A stretch of DNA of 63,252 nucleotides, counting the filler, from Chiloscyllium plagiosum (Eukaryota), in NCBI RefSeq assembly GCF_004010195.1. It is 4 parts of one record of this genome, joined end to end, with 100 filler letters (N's around TTAATTAATTAA, not from the genome) between each part and the next. Parts side by side here need not be neighbours in the genome. Positions count along the whole stretch, not along the records: positions 1 to 22,482 come from NC_057716.1; positions 22,583 to 33,813 come from NC_057716.1; 2 more parts are not named here. One strand, written 5' to 3'. Below the pieces are notes generated by a model, which saw only the letters and a program-made list of their open reading frames with translations, did not search any database and was not told where the DNA came from. Each line of letters starts with the position of its first letter. Within the stretch, counting starts at the first letter, position 1. The position numbers and the translations under genes were made by a program. Positions 12,371 to 24,959 of the stretch are shown piece after piece.

Positions 12371-13731
12371 AAGGAATACACTAGGTTTAAATATCATCGA
12401 ACAGGAGTAATTTATCAAAGTGCTTCACAATAGTCCTGTGGCTAACTGGAAAGGTGTTAGGATATCCGCTGATGTGGTAAATGTTAATAATAAATTGATT
12501 AAATAATCGGAATCATAGGAAAGTAATCAATGCTAATAGCTCTAATTAGACAGAAGTAATGAGTTAAGTAGATCTTGGATCAATATTGAGAGCACTACTA
12601 TTTGCTAAACATGATCTTGATGAATGCCTCAAATGTGGAATGTCTACATTGGTAGACAGAAAATACATTGGAGTACATGATTAACTTTTACCGTGTGCAA
12701 TAAACAAATTGGAAAGATGCTACATTGACTCAACAGCTCTTTATATATAATATATATAAACTTAATGTTTAGAAAGTAAATTAATGAATAACGAGGTCAG
12801 AATATCAAATAAAATTACACCATAGTAAGTACATGATAAAAGTGCCAGGAAAAAGATACAAATGTAATAGTTGATCAAAAAATTGAATGAGATGTCACAT
12901 GGTGCAACAACAGTTTTAACGGTACCTAAATGTCAAGTGAGTAAGTAGATATAACAAAACAAGAAATATCAATTGTCAATAGAGAGGCAATGAAACCATA
13001 GATTTAGCATTATGTTTGATTGTGGTTCTTGCATTTTCGAAGTAACACTGTCCTTAAAATAGTGTGCAAATACAAACTTTAGAATTCTTTAGCTGCTATT
13101 CTATTGCAATCATTCATTTATGTGCAATCGCTCAACATTGTGCAAGAGAGCACAAAGGCTTCAGAGAAACAAATGAAGGTGATTGAAGTTCTGGAGTATA
13201 AGCGATGAGAAACCTTAGCTTGATTTTTTTCAATTAAGAGAAAGAAGAGGGAAATGAACCAAGTTTTGAAAATTGTAAAGAGGGTAAACAAATATAATTT
13301 GTCTAAACCTTAAGGACATCTTTGTAGGCTAAGAAAAAAGTCACATGGGGCCATTTTTTGTTGCTGTTTCATAAAACTGACATTAAAGGAATGATTGTTT
13401 CCAAGATTGGCTACTAAAAAAAGGTGACTACACTTCAAAAATAACTCATTAGGTCTAAAGCATAACCACATTTATCAACATTGCTGGAATATGAATGTTA
13501 ATCTCTGTTTCTAATACAACCAAAACAGTAAGGCGCTATGCAATGTGAAGTAGAGGGTTTAAGACAGAAACAGGATGATAAATGGTCACATTGTATTCTG
13601 AAACAGGAGCTGAAAAAGCTTACAATAAATGAATACTGTTAAAAGTCATGTGAAACTTCGGCACAGTCACATCAAGAAATAGTTGACAAAATGTAACAGT
13701 TAAGGTAAGACATACTTTTCAAATTCATTAA

Positions 13732-15472
13732 TGCGAGCAGGCATTTTGAGTGCGAGCAGCAGCGGAGATAAGACGAACCCGGAAGACTGCAGCTAAGGTA
13801 AGGCAGTTTTTTAAAAATTACTTACCGGTAGCGGACAGCGGTGTTTTCCCTTTCACAGAAGGAGCGAGAGCAGCGGGGGAAGTGACGAGGACCAGCGGGG
13901 CAGCCGGGAAGGAAAGCAGTGACCATATATATCAGCAAGGATGACGAGAGCAGTGGAGCTTCTCGTCAAAAGGAAAAAGGTAGGGTGGAGAAAGCTAGGG
14001 TCAAGCTCAGCTCTACAGGATTACAGGCAGATCTTTGAATCCTCGATCTCCACTGGGGTCGTACCTGAGGACTGGAGAGAGGCAAATGTAATTCCTCTCT
14101 TCAAGAAAGGAAATAGGGAAATCCCCGGCAATTACAGACCAGTAAGTCTCACGTCTGTCGTCTGCAAGGTGTCAGAAAGGATTCTGAGGGATAGGATTTA
14201 TGACCATCAGGAAGAGCATGGCTTGATTAAATGCAGTCAACACGGCTTTGTGAGGAGCAGGTCATGCCTCACAAACCTTATCGAGTTCTTTGAGGATGTG
14301 ACTAGAAAAGTTGATGAGGGTCGAGCTGTGGAAGTGGTGTATATGGACTTTAGCAAGGCATTTGATAAGGTTCCCCATGGTAGGCTTATTCAGAAGGTCA
14401 GGAGGAATGGGATTCAGGGGAACATAGCTGTCTGGATACAGAATTGGCTGGCCAACAGAAGACAGCGAGTGGTAGTAGAAGGAAACTATTCTGCCTGGAA
14501 GTCTGTGGTGAGTGGTGTTCCACAGGGCTCTGTCCTTGGGCCTCTATTGTTTGTAAATTTATTAATGACTTGGATGAGGGGATTGAAGGATGGGTCAGCA
14601 AGTTTGCAGATGACGCAAAGGTTGACAGTATAGAGGGCTGTTGTAGGCTGCAGCATGACATTTACAGGATACAGAGATGGGCTGAGAGGTGGTAGATGGA
14701 GTTCAACCTGGATAAATGCGAGGTGATGCATTTTGGAAGGTCGAATTTGAAAGCTGAGTACAGGATTAAGGATAGGATTCTTGGTAGTGTGGAGGAACAG
14801 AGGTATCTTGGTGTGCAGGTACATAGATCCCTTAAAATGGCCACCCAAGTGGACAGGGTTGTTAAGAAAGCATATGGTGTTTTGGCTTTCATCAACAGGG
14901 GTATTGAGTTTAATAGTCATGAGATCTTGTTGCAACTCTATAAAACTTTGGTTAGATCGCACTTGGAATACTGCGTCCAGTTCTAGTTGCCCTATTATAA
15001 GAAAGATGTGGATGCTTTGGAGCAGGTTCAGAGGAGGTTTACCAGGATGCTGCCTGGACTGGAGGGCTTATCTTATAAGGAGAGGTTGACTGAGCTCGGA
15101 CTTTTTTCATTGGAGAAAAGGAGGAGAAGAGGGGACATAATTGAGATATACAAAGTAATGAGAGGCATAGATAGAGTCGATAGCCAGAGACTATTTCCCA
15201 GGGCAGAAATGACTAACACGAGGGGTCATAGTTTTAAGCTGGTTGGAGGAAAGTATAGAGGGGATGTCAGAGGCGGGTTCTTTACACAGAGAGTTGTGAG
15301 GGCATGGAATGCGTTGCCAGCAGCAGTTGTGGAGGCAGGGTCATTGGGGACATTTAAGAGACTCCTCGACATACATATGGTCACAGAAATTTGAGGGTGC
15401 ATACATGAGGATCAGTGGTCGGCACAACATCATGGGCTGAAGGGCCTGTTCTGTGCTGTACTGTTCTATGTT
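13732..15472 (+). mobile_element. CR1 LINE: GC-rich putative 5'UTR fused directly to the ORF2 RT domain and intact 3' end
   Basis: PEDWREANVIPLFKKG..PGNYRPVSLTS, YMDFSKAFDKV, GVPQGSVLGP, KFADD; tail gttctatgtt; imperfect TSD attaa(t/c)g. Confidence 0.9.
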
Positions 15473-15765
15473 TTATTAACGGGATACAAGCATCACTGGC
15501 TAGGCCAGCCCTAACAACCTGTGGGGAGGGGTCTCTAAGAGTCAAACACATTGTTACATGTTTGGAATCACACATAAGCCAGACCAAAGAAAAAAAAGAA
15601 AGATTTCTTTCCCTAAATGACATTGGCGAACTAAATCAGATTTTACAAAATACCAACAATGATTCCAGTCACTGTTAGACTAATCACAGAGTTATAAAAT
15701 TACAGAGACGTACAGCACAGAATCAGACACTTCGGACCAACACGTCCATGTTGGCTAGATATCCT

Positions 15766-16890
15766 AGGGACAAAAAAACTGCAGATACTGGAATTCAAGG
15801 TAGACAAGCAAGAGGCTGGAAGAACACAGCACACCAGGCAGCATCAGGCTATGGAGAAGTCAACATTTTGTGTGTAACCCTTCTTCAGGACTGGGGGTGA
15901 GTGTAAGAGGAGCGGCAGTGGGGAGAATGCTGGGGGACGGGGGTTTGTGCAGGTTGGTGAGGTAGGGATAGGTGAATACAGGTAGAGAGTAGGACCTGGC
16001 AGGTCAATGGGAGGAATGAATCCGGTTGGTAGCTGGAAGGAACTGTCGATCAGAGGAATGAAAGGGAGGGGGAGGGGCTGGGAAAGGAGTCGGGTGATGG
16101 GAAGGGTGATTTTTGAAATTGGAGTACTCATTGTTAGGTCCTCTGGACTATAGGCTGCCTAAGCGGAAGGTAAAGGTGTTGTTCCTCTGATTTGCGGTCT
16201 GCTTCACTGTGGCAATGGAGGAGACCAAGGATGGTCATGTCAGAAAGGGAGTGGGAATTAAAATGGGTGGTAACTGGGAGGTCCGGTCGGCCCCTGAGGG
16301 CCAGGCTAAGATGCTCAGCGAAACATGCCCTTAGTTTATGTTTGGTCTCCTGGATATAGAGAAGACCATATCAGGAGCACCGGATACAGTAAACACTACT
16401 GGGGTTAACCTGACCTCCCAGTCACCATCCATTTTAATTCCCCTTCTCACTCCTTTTCCAACATGATCGTCCTTGGCCTCCTCCATTGCCAGCGGATCAG
16501 TACGAAAATCGGAGGAACAACACCTCATATTCTGCCTTGGCAGCCTACAGCCTGGAGACCTTAATACTGAGTTCTCCAATTTCAAATACCCTCCTTTCCC
16601 ATCCCCCGATTCCCTTCCTATCCCTTCCCCCTCCCTCAGATCGAGCCTTCCTTCCAGCTCCCAACCAAATTAATTCCTCCCATTGATCAATGAGGTCGTA
16701 CCCTCTACCTGTGTTCACCTATCCTTACCTCACCACCCCCCACCCACGTCCCCAACCCCTCCCCCCTTTATGTGCAGCTTCCCTTAACCCCACTCCCAGT
16801 CCTGAAGAAGGGTTACACACAAAACGTTGACTTCTCTATCTCCTGACATTACCTGGCTTCCTGTGTTCTTCCAGCCTCCTGCTTGTCAAC
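15766..16890. mobile_element. PLE (family C) inverted two-arm insertion inside a CR1 3' end (CR1 at 15685-17035, -)
   Basis: RKSEEQHLIFCLGSLQP.DLNTEFSNFK; arms 15766-16390 (-) and 16400-16890 (+); TSD agatatcc at 15757-15764 and 16892-16899. Confidence 0.8.
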
Positions 16891-17470
16891 CAGATATCCC
16901 AACCTAATCTGGTCCCATTTGCCAGCACTTGGCCCACATCCCTCTAGACCCCTCCTATTTATATACCCACCCAGATGCCTTTGAAATGTTGTAATTGTAC
17001 CAGCCCCCACCACTTCCCCTGGCAACTCATTCCATATACGACCTAAGCACAATTCCATATTGTGCATACCTGAATGCATCTTCTATCACCAGGGTTGTCT
17101 TTTTCAATGGGTGCCTACCAAAAGGTGAAATCCAATTTCATTGGGATAGTTGCAATTTTTCCACTCTGCTCTTACTTTATTGTTAACAATTGTACAGATG
17201 TTTTACACTATCAAATGAAAATGCCAATGTTATAATAAACCTCTAAGCTTAATAGCCAGAAAAAAAAGTAGCAGTGTCAGGAGTTGTGTCTGCTCTAGGA
17301 GCCAGCTCTGAGCTGGCTGTGTCAATGTCATGTACAAGCAAATGTAAATAAATGGTGATGGGACACTGGCCTTTGTGGAGATATTTCACAGTGATGTCAC
17401 CATTACGTCACTGACTCCTGTTAAAATTAATAAAGAGCCAGTAAAACCACTCATTTAGCATTGTATTATG

Positions 17471-17752
17471 GGGTGGCACGGTGGCTCAGTGGTTAGCACT
17501 GCTGCCTCACAGTGCCAGGGACCCGGGTTCAATTCCAGCCTCGGGTGACTGTCTGTGTAGAGTTTGCACATTCTCCCTGTGTCTGTGTGGGTTTCCGTCC
17601 ACAGTCCAAAGATGTGCAGATCAGGTGAATTGGTCATGCTAAGTTGCCCATAGTGTTAGGTGCATCATTCAGAGGGAAATAGGTCTGGGTGGGTTACTCT
17701 TCGGAGGGTTGGTTGGACCAAAGGGCCTGTTTCCACTCTGTAGGGAATCTAA
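17471..17752 (+). mobile_element. HE1-type tRNA-derived SINE
   Basis: A box tggctcagtggtt, B box ggttcaattcc, CR1-like tail gggcctgtttccac...aatctaa. Confidence 0.85.
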
Positions 17753-18398
17753 CCTCATCAAATCTAAAAGCAAAATACTTCAAAGGAGCCACAGAGCAGG
17801 TGGGCATCAAATCAGTATGGATGTGAATACTAAGGCCCAGTGGCTAATAACAGAATGACAATTGTTCCTCGGGCATTGCATGTGTCTGCAGTTCACTGAG
17901 CTGACACCTTACTTTTGATTTAATCCCTGCCCTCCCCTTCACTGTTTGAATCACACAGCATTGCCCTTTGATGTGAAGGGCACTGCTTGTCTCTGGCCAC
18001 TCAGGTGTTTCCTTTCTTCCTGGTGGTGGAAATTTGAATAATGATTCGTGCACCTTGTGTTTTTCACTGTGTCTCACACCTGCACACACACAACGTGGGT
18101 GCTGGGGAAAAAAATAAGCACGACCGCAGTTAGGTAGGAGTGTGGGGGTAAAAAAAACGAGGAACGTCAGGGGAAAAAAAGTGAAAAAGAAATAAATAGC
18201 AGTGTCAGGAGTTGTGTCTGCTCGAGGAGCCAGCTCTGAGCTGGCTGTGTCAATGTCATGTACAATGCAAATGTAAATAAAGGGTGATGGGACACTGGCC
18301 TTTGTGGAGATATTTCACAGTGATGTCACCATTATGTCACTGACTCCTGTTAAAATTAATAAAGAGATAGTGAAACCACTCATTTAGCATTATATTAC

Positions 18399-18712
18399 GG
18401 GGCAGCACGGTGGCTCAGTGGTTAGCACTGCTGCCTCACAGTGCCAGGGACCCGGGTTCAATTCCCGCCTCAGCCAATTGTCTGTGTAGAGTTTGCATAT
18501 TCTCCCCATGTCTGCGTGGGTTTCCTCCGGGTGCTCCGGTTTCCTCCCCCAGTCCAAAGATGTGCAGGGTCAGGTGAATTGGCCATGCTAAATTGCCCGT
18601 AGTGTTAGGTGGATTAGTCAGGGGTAAATATAGGGGGGTGGGTTTCTCTTCAGAGGGTCGGTGTGGACTTGTTGGGCCGAAGGGCCTGTTTACACACTGT
18701 AGGTAATCTAAT
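18399..18712 (+). mobile_element. HE1-type SINE
   Basis: Same A/B boxes and tail as 17471-17752. Confidence 0.85.
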
Positions 18713-20375
18713 AATCAGCTGTGGTCTTTGCGCTTTGAAAATTATACCATCTTTAAAACTTTTGCAAACAGCATCATTACTTTTTTGTGACATTAATTGA
18801 CAGGTCACCAGGGATGACTCCCTCAGTGCCATGGGTTCGATTATGTTTTCCCGATGAACCTTGGGTTAATGCCTAATTCAAAAATAAGACCAAAAACAAT
18901 TTGATGCTTTCTTTCAACAGTCATTCACTAAACTGTATCCAGTTGACATAATGGCATGAAAGCAATAGGCTCTAAAACTGGACAATCGTGGTGGCATCAT
19001 CCATGCTGTACTGAAACAGCCTTCAAGCTAATCGTCACGGGACTCATCTTGAGTCAGTTTGACTGTCAGGTATAGCAGATAATTATAATCTCTTATAATT
19101 CATTCATAAGATGAAACATATAATTTTCTGCAGTTCAGCTCATCATTCACATTTCACTGATACATTTAAGGGATTTAAAGATGAGTTCCAAACTATGAAA
19201 TCATGAGGATTGGATGATAGAATGGGATGCGCTTTCATTTCGGAAAATGATTGACAGGGAAGATGACTAAATCCATTATGATGCTGACTGATCAGGATAA
19301 AGTAGAGTTAAACGGATTCTTAATCTTTACGTAATAACTGCAGAACAGCCAAGCAAGTTAAAGTGAGAGGGTTGGAATGTTGTTTCACTGTCAACTCCCT
19401 ATCACCCCCCACCAAAAAGAACACTCAATATATTGAATAGAGTCCCATCAAAATGGAATTGTATCGTCCTCATCTTCCTTTCATCAATTTGTTTTGACCA
19501 GTTCTTTGTTAAAACATGCTAAGTCATTTTATATTTTAAAAGCTCAAATAAATTCAAGCCTGTTATTGTTAACTTTATTGGAAAATAGGCTTAACAAATA
19601 TTTTGAAAGGAATTGAAGCTTTAGAGATCAGCATGGATGATTAAATGCTGTGTTGAACACAGCGGCAATGAAGCAAGTCAGCCATGAATAGTATGCATCA
19701 ATATTCTGAACTTTTTCATTCAATCACTCTCAAGGCAGGTGGGAATTTTATAGTTATTTTGTTCCCGTCTTGGAGAAGTGGTTATTTGCTCTCCACGGAA
19801 TAGTGAATGATTGAGAGGGAATTTGTGACCGCATTGTGCAGTGGAAGCATTGGTGTTGATCAGCTGGTTATGTTCTGCTTTACAATATAAAGGCTTGCAA
19901 ATAAAAGGAGGAAAATGACTTATTTCAAATGAGCTTACATAGAAATGCTAGGATTTACAACTAAGATTACAACAAGCCCTTTGTGCCAACTGGTTCACTA
20001 ATTTCAACATAAATTCCAGAAATCTTTTCTAAATGAGCTTCTGTACAAACTAATTGTTTTATCTTTCATGCAAGATTTATGACCTACAGATGACCATCTC
20101 TATCACAACTTTCATGAGAACTATGTTCTTTTAAATCTGTAATTAACCGCTTAGCAAAATAAATATTTACTTATGAACAATGTTATCATTTAGTCAAATT
20201 CCAAGTAAAAGCTCAGGTATGAAACATTCTCTCAATGGCTTGCAGATGGAAGGCTGACAAGTAAAATTAAACCAGATTGATGTCCATTGGGAAATAAAAC
20301 AAACGGAATATTGAATTCATGCAGCCACAAGATACAATTATATAGAATTTATAACATTGGAAAGAATTGTGAAGT

Positions 20376-20533
20376 AGATTAGGTTAGATTAGATTAGATT
20401 AAAGTGTGGAAACAGGCCCTTCGGCCCAACAAGTCCACACCGACCCGCTGAAGTGCAACCCACCCACACCCCTACATTTACCCCTTTCCTAACACTACGG
20501 ACAATTTAGCATGGCCAATTCACCTGACCTGCT
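20376..20533 (-). mobile_element. 5'-truncated HE1-type SINE (similar tails at 32096-32280 and 39452-39525)
   Basis: (agatt)n tail then gtggaaacaggcccttcggcccaacaagtcc. Confidence 0.75.
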
Positions 20534-20546
20534 TTGAAGAAAAGTA

Positions 20547-20906
20547 CAGCAAACTTTGTTTTAACTGGCACCTTATCAAACAACACTCTTGATAAACTGG
20601 CACAGATTATATCCCTCAAATGCCTCAATCTAGCACCACGTCCAGGTATTAATGCTGTAAATAAAGTATAAGTGTTGTGTAGATGCCTTGCATTATGTTT
20701 CTGTTACTTACTGTGTGTTTTTGCATTGATTCTAGGAGGTATTTTGATGTTGTAACATAGATTTGTTTTGAGGGGTGTTGCTGTCTCGAAGCTTCACTTG
20801 GTCAGAATTGAGTACAGTTATGCGTACCTCTTGATGATCCGGAATATTTGATCAACGGGTACACTCCTGGTCCCATTCGGTGCTGGTTAGTAAAAAACAT
20901 TTGCTT
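20547..20906. mobile_element. Tigger/pogo-like MITE
   Basis: Imperfect TIRs TA-CAGCAAACTTTGTTTTAACTGGCACC ... GGTGCTGGTTAGTAAAAAACATTTGCTT-TA. Confidence 0.5.
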
Positions 20907-20914
20907 TAAACAGA

Positions 20915-21330
20915 CTAAACTCAGACAAAGAGTTGATCAAAGAGGTGACTTTTAAGAAGGGCCTGAGAGGAAGTGGAAAGATGGAGAAAGATTTCAGGAG
21001 TGCTGCCCATGTATCTGAAAGAAATGACAAAGGAAGTGCATGATCCAAAAGACCCCAGTGTTGGAGTAAAATTAGGTTTTTAGAGATTTTAGAGCTGAGT
21101 AAGGCTATCAAGATGGAATGGGATAGGGAGGGTAGCATGGGACAGGCAATTGAAGGAATGAAGGGATTTGAATGGTTAATTTTAAGTTGGGATACTGAGG
21201 AATGAGAGCCAAAATCAGTTTGTGAATGCAGGGGTGACTTCACACAGAACAACTACTACCAACAAAGATTTGGATGATCTGAAGTTTCTACAAGGTAGAA
21301 GATGGGAGGCTGGCTGGGGGGAACCGTATG
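20915..21330 (-). mobile_element. Degraded L2-like LINE 3' fragment
   Basis: Minus frame ends ..PLRPFLKVTSLINSL, resembling the L2 C-terminus. Confidence 0.4.
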
Positions 21331-22189
21331 AGTAATTGTTTGGACCAAGACTGTAAGAAAGTCAGGAGCCCAAATCGGCCCTAATGGAACTCAAAATCAG
21401 CAGGACATCACCAGTGCTTGTCAGTGCTTTTCGTTGGGGTGGGAATATTAGCTTGGACACTTTTGGACACAGTTTGGAGAGGCTTATTTTGTTCTACAAT
21501 AAGAGTTGGATTTTCATTTTCATCATCTATACACATACTCACACTTCAGCCTGTTTTATATTCACTGCACTGTAATCAACATCAGACCTTTTGTCCTGTG
21601 AATTTAATTTCCAGTGGTAAAGAAGAAAGTCATTTACAAAATGCAATTCAACATTTAACCATAGAATAGGAGATTAATCCTTTGTTAGACATTAGCATTT
21701 GATCATTTGTTTTTACAACAGCATAATTAATATGATTTTTCTTTCAAAGTAATAACTGTACAATTAGGTGTTGCTTGTACCTGATCACTTTCCATGTGTT
21801 ATCTACTTTCAGTATTTAGTTGGGGCTCAGGCATGGGAAGGGGTGACTTGTTGAACGAGACAAGGGATCTCTGCTCCCTTTTCAGCTGGGACACAGGAGA
21901 CCTCACCGCCCACCCAAACAATAGGAATAGGGAATCGGGCATCAGCATGGTCTTTCAGGTAAAGAATGAGACATGTTGTGAAACAATTAGCAATGCCTGT
22001 TTATTACGACTTTGAGACATGGCGAATCATTAATATATCAATAGGATCTGTTAGGTGTTCTGAATTGAAACTTGTCTGTTTTCAAATGGTTAAAATATTC
22101 AGTGAAAACTCTGTAAATTTGATTTGAATTTTTGTTATTATTGTCACATGTACCTGAGCACAGTGAAAAGTTTTGTTTTGTGTGCAGTA

Positions 22190-22482
22190 CAGCAGATGCT
22201 CTCCACCGCAGCTCCTCCACTTCCCGCACCTCCGCCCTTGAACCCCGCCCCTCCAATCGGCACCAGGACAGAACCCCACTGGTCCTCACCTTCCACTCCA
22301 TCAACCTCCGGATACATCGTATCATCCTCCGTCATTTCCGCCACCTCCAAACAGACCCCACCACCAGGGATATATTTCCCTCCCCACCCCTATCAGTGTT
22401 CAGGAGAGACCACTCCCTCCGCGACTCCCTCGTCAGGTCCACACCCCCCACCAACACAACCTCCACTCCCGGCACCTTCCCC
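22190..22482 (+). mobile_element. Young Neptune-type PLE fragment running into a gap
   Basis: RTSALEPRPSNRHQDRTPLVLTFH..DIFPSPPLSVFRRDHSLRDSLVRS; CpGs retained. Confidence 0.85.
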
Positions 22483-22582
22483 NNNNNNNNNNNNNNNNNN
22501 NNNNNNNNNNNNNNNNNNNNNNNNNNTTAATTAATTAANNNNNNNNNNNNNNNNNNNNNNNNNNNNNNNNNNNNNNNNNNNN

Positions 22583-24900
22583 CTGGCAAATTTAAATTCC
22601 CTTAAGTTCAGGTCCTTTAGCCACTGTTACCTCAGGGAGATTGCTTGTGTCTTCCCCAGTGAACACAGATCTGAAGTACCCTTTTAATTCCTCTGCCATT
22701 TCTTTGTTCCTAGTAATATATTCCCTTGTTTCTGTCTTCAAGGGCCCAATTTTTGTCCTAACCATTTTTTTGCCTTCCACATACCTAAAAGAGCTTTTAC
22801 TATCCTCCTTAATATTCTTGGCCAGTTTACCTTCGTACCTCATTTTTCCTCTGCGTATTTCCTTCTTAGTAATCCTCTGTTGCTCTTTAAAAGCTTCCCA
22901 GTCCTCAGTTTTCCCACTTATCTTTGCTATGTTTTTCTCTTTTAACTTTATATGTTTCTTAACTTCCCTCGTCAGCCACAGCCGCCCATGCCTCCTCCTG
23001 GGATCTTTCTTCCTTTTAGGAATGAACTGATCCTGCAACTTCTGCATTATACACAGAAATATCCACCATTGTTCCTCCACGGTCATCCCTGCTAAGGTAT
23101 TGCACAAATTGAACTTTGATCAGCTCCTCCCTCATAGCTCCATAGTTCCCTTTATTCAACAGAAATACTGTCACTTCAGACTGTACCTCTCCCTCTCAAG
23201 TTGCAGATTGAAGCTTATTGTATTATGGTCACTACTTCCCAATGGCTCCTTCACTTCGAGGTCTCTGACCAATTCTGGTTCGTTGCACAATACCAGATCC
23301 AGATTTGCCTTCTCCCTGTTTGGCTCCAGTACCAGCTGCTCTAAGAATCCATCTCTGAGGCACTCCACAAAGTCTCTTTCTTGAGGTCCAATACCATCCT
23401 GATTCTCCCAGTCTATCTGCATGTTAAAATCCCCCATAACAACTGGAGTAACATCTTTGCGACAGGCCAATTTCAGCTCCTGATTCAACTTACAACCGAC
23501 ATTCAGACTACTGTTTGGGGGCCTGTAGATGACTCCCAAGAGGGTCTTTTTACCCTTAGTATTTCTCAGCTCTATCCACACTGACTCTACATCCCCTGAC
23601 TCTAGGTCCCCCCGCACAAGGAACTGAATATCATCCCTTACCAACAAAGCCACCCCACCCTCTCTGCCCGTCAGTCTGTCCTTATGATAGCACGTGTATC
23701 CTTGAATATTCATTTCCCAGGCCCTGTCCACTTGAAGCCACATCTCAGTTATCCCCACAATATCGTATCTGCCAATTTCCAAAAGAGCCTCAAGCTCATC
23801 CATCTTATTTCTAATGCTTCGTGCATTCATGTATAGTATTTTTAATTTGTTACTGCCCTCACCCTTCCCATCAACTCCTATTTCCCTCAACCTTACAGCT
23901 TGATCCCTTTCCGAGTTTTCTGCCTCATTGATACAGTTGTCTTTCTTGACTTCTCTTGTTCTAACTTTCCCTTCAATTTCCTTTTTAAACATCCAGTTTG
24001 TCCCCTCCCCCCCGCTACTTAGTTTAAATGTAGCGTTGTTGCAGTAGAAAACCTGCCTGCCAGAATGCTGGTCCCTAACCTATTAAGGTGCAAACCGTCT
24101 CTCTTGTAGAATTTATGCTTACCACAAAACATACCCCAGTGATCCAAGAACTTAAATCCTTGCTTCCTGCACCAGTTCCCCAACCACACGTTCAAGTCCA
24201 TTATCTCCCTGTTTCTGGCCTCACCAGCCCGAGGAACTGGAAGCAAACCGGAGATAACCACCTTGGAGACCTGCTTTTCAGCCTTCTTCCTAGTTCTCCA
24301 AAGTCCCGCTGTAGTAAGTTCCTCCTCTTCTTCCCGACATCATTTGTGCCGACATGTACCACCACCTCTGGTTCTTCACCCTTGTCCTTGAGGATTTCCC
24401 GCACTCTGTCCGCGATGTCTTTCACCCTGGCACCAAGAACGCAACACACCATCCTTAAATCCCGTCTGCTGCCACAAAAACCCCGGTCAGTTCCTCTCAC
24501 AAGGGAGTCCCCTATTACCATGGCTCTGTGCGATGTCCGACTCTTCCGCTCTGCCTCTGCGCCAACATTTGATTGACAGTCCTGGCCGCCTCGCGGACTG
24601 GCAGTGTCATCAGTCTCTACTGTTTCCAAAAGTTTCAACTTGTTCCTGACAGCTCCTTCTCCCGGGGTCTCTTGCACCTGTCTCCTCTCTGCCTTGCTCA
24701 TCGTCTGCTCTCTTCTGCTCTCTTCTGCTCTCTTCTGGCATGATTGGTGTAATCACCTCGCTGAAGGTCTTGTCCAGAAAGATCTTGTTCTCTCGGATGA
24801 GCCTAAGGTCCTCGAGTTCCTTCATAAGCGCTGCAATATGCTCGGTCAGGAGCTGAATGTGCACACACTTTCCACACATATACGAGCTAGTGCTTCCAAA
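22583..24900 (-). mobile_element. CR1 LINE 5' half: ORF1 (Cys/His knuckle, coiled coil, SGNH esterase) and ORF2 apurinic-type endonuclease
   Basis: MCGKCVH, VIGDSLVRG, VVVHVGTND, DGLHLN; LYMNARSIRNK, GITE, VIYRPPN, MGDFN, LGSSDHN. Confidence 0.92.
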
Positions 24901-24959
24901 TGAATCTTTTGGACTAGAACCTGTTGTTGTTTGATTTTTAACTTCTTTTATTACACCTC

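Noticed and set aside
17471..17545. tRNA-like sequence with A and B boxes
   Set aside because: It is the head of an HE1-type SINE and continues into the SINE body and tail; not a tRNA gene.
22527..22538. TTAATTAATTAA palindrome centred in 100-bp gaps (also 33858-33869 and 59899-59910)
   Set aside because: Identical 44N-12bp-44N layout three times; this is an artificial scaffolding spacer with stops in all frames, not biology.
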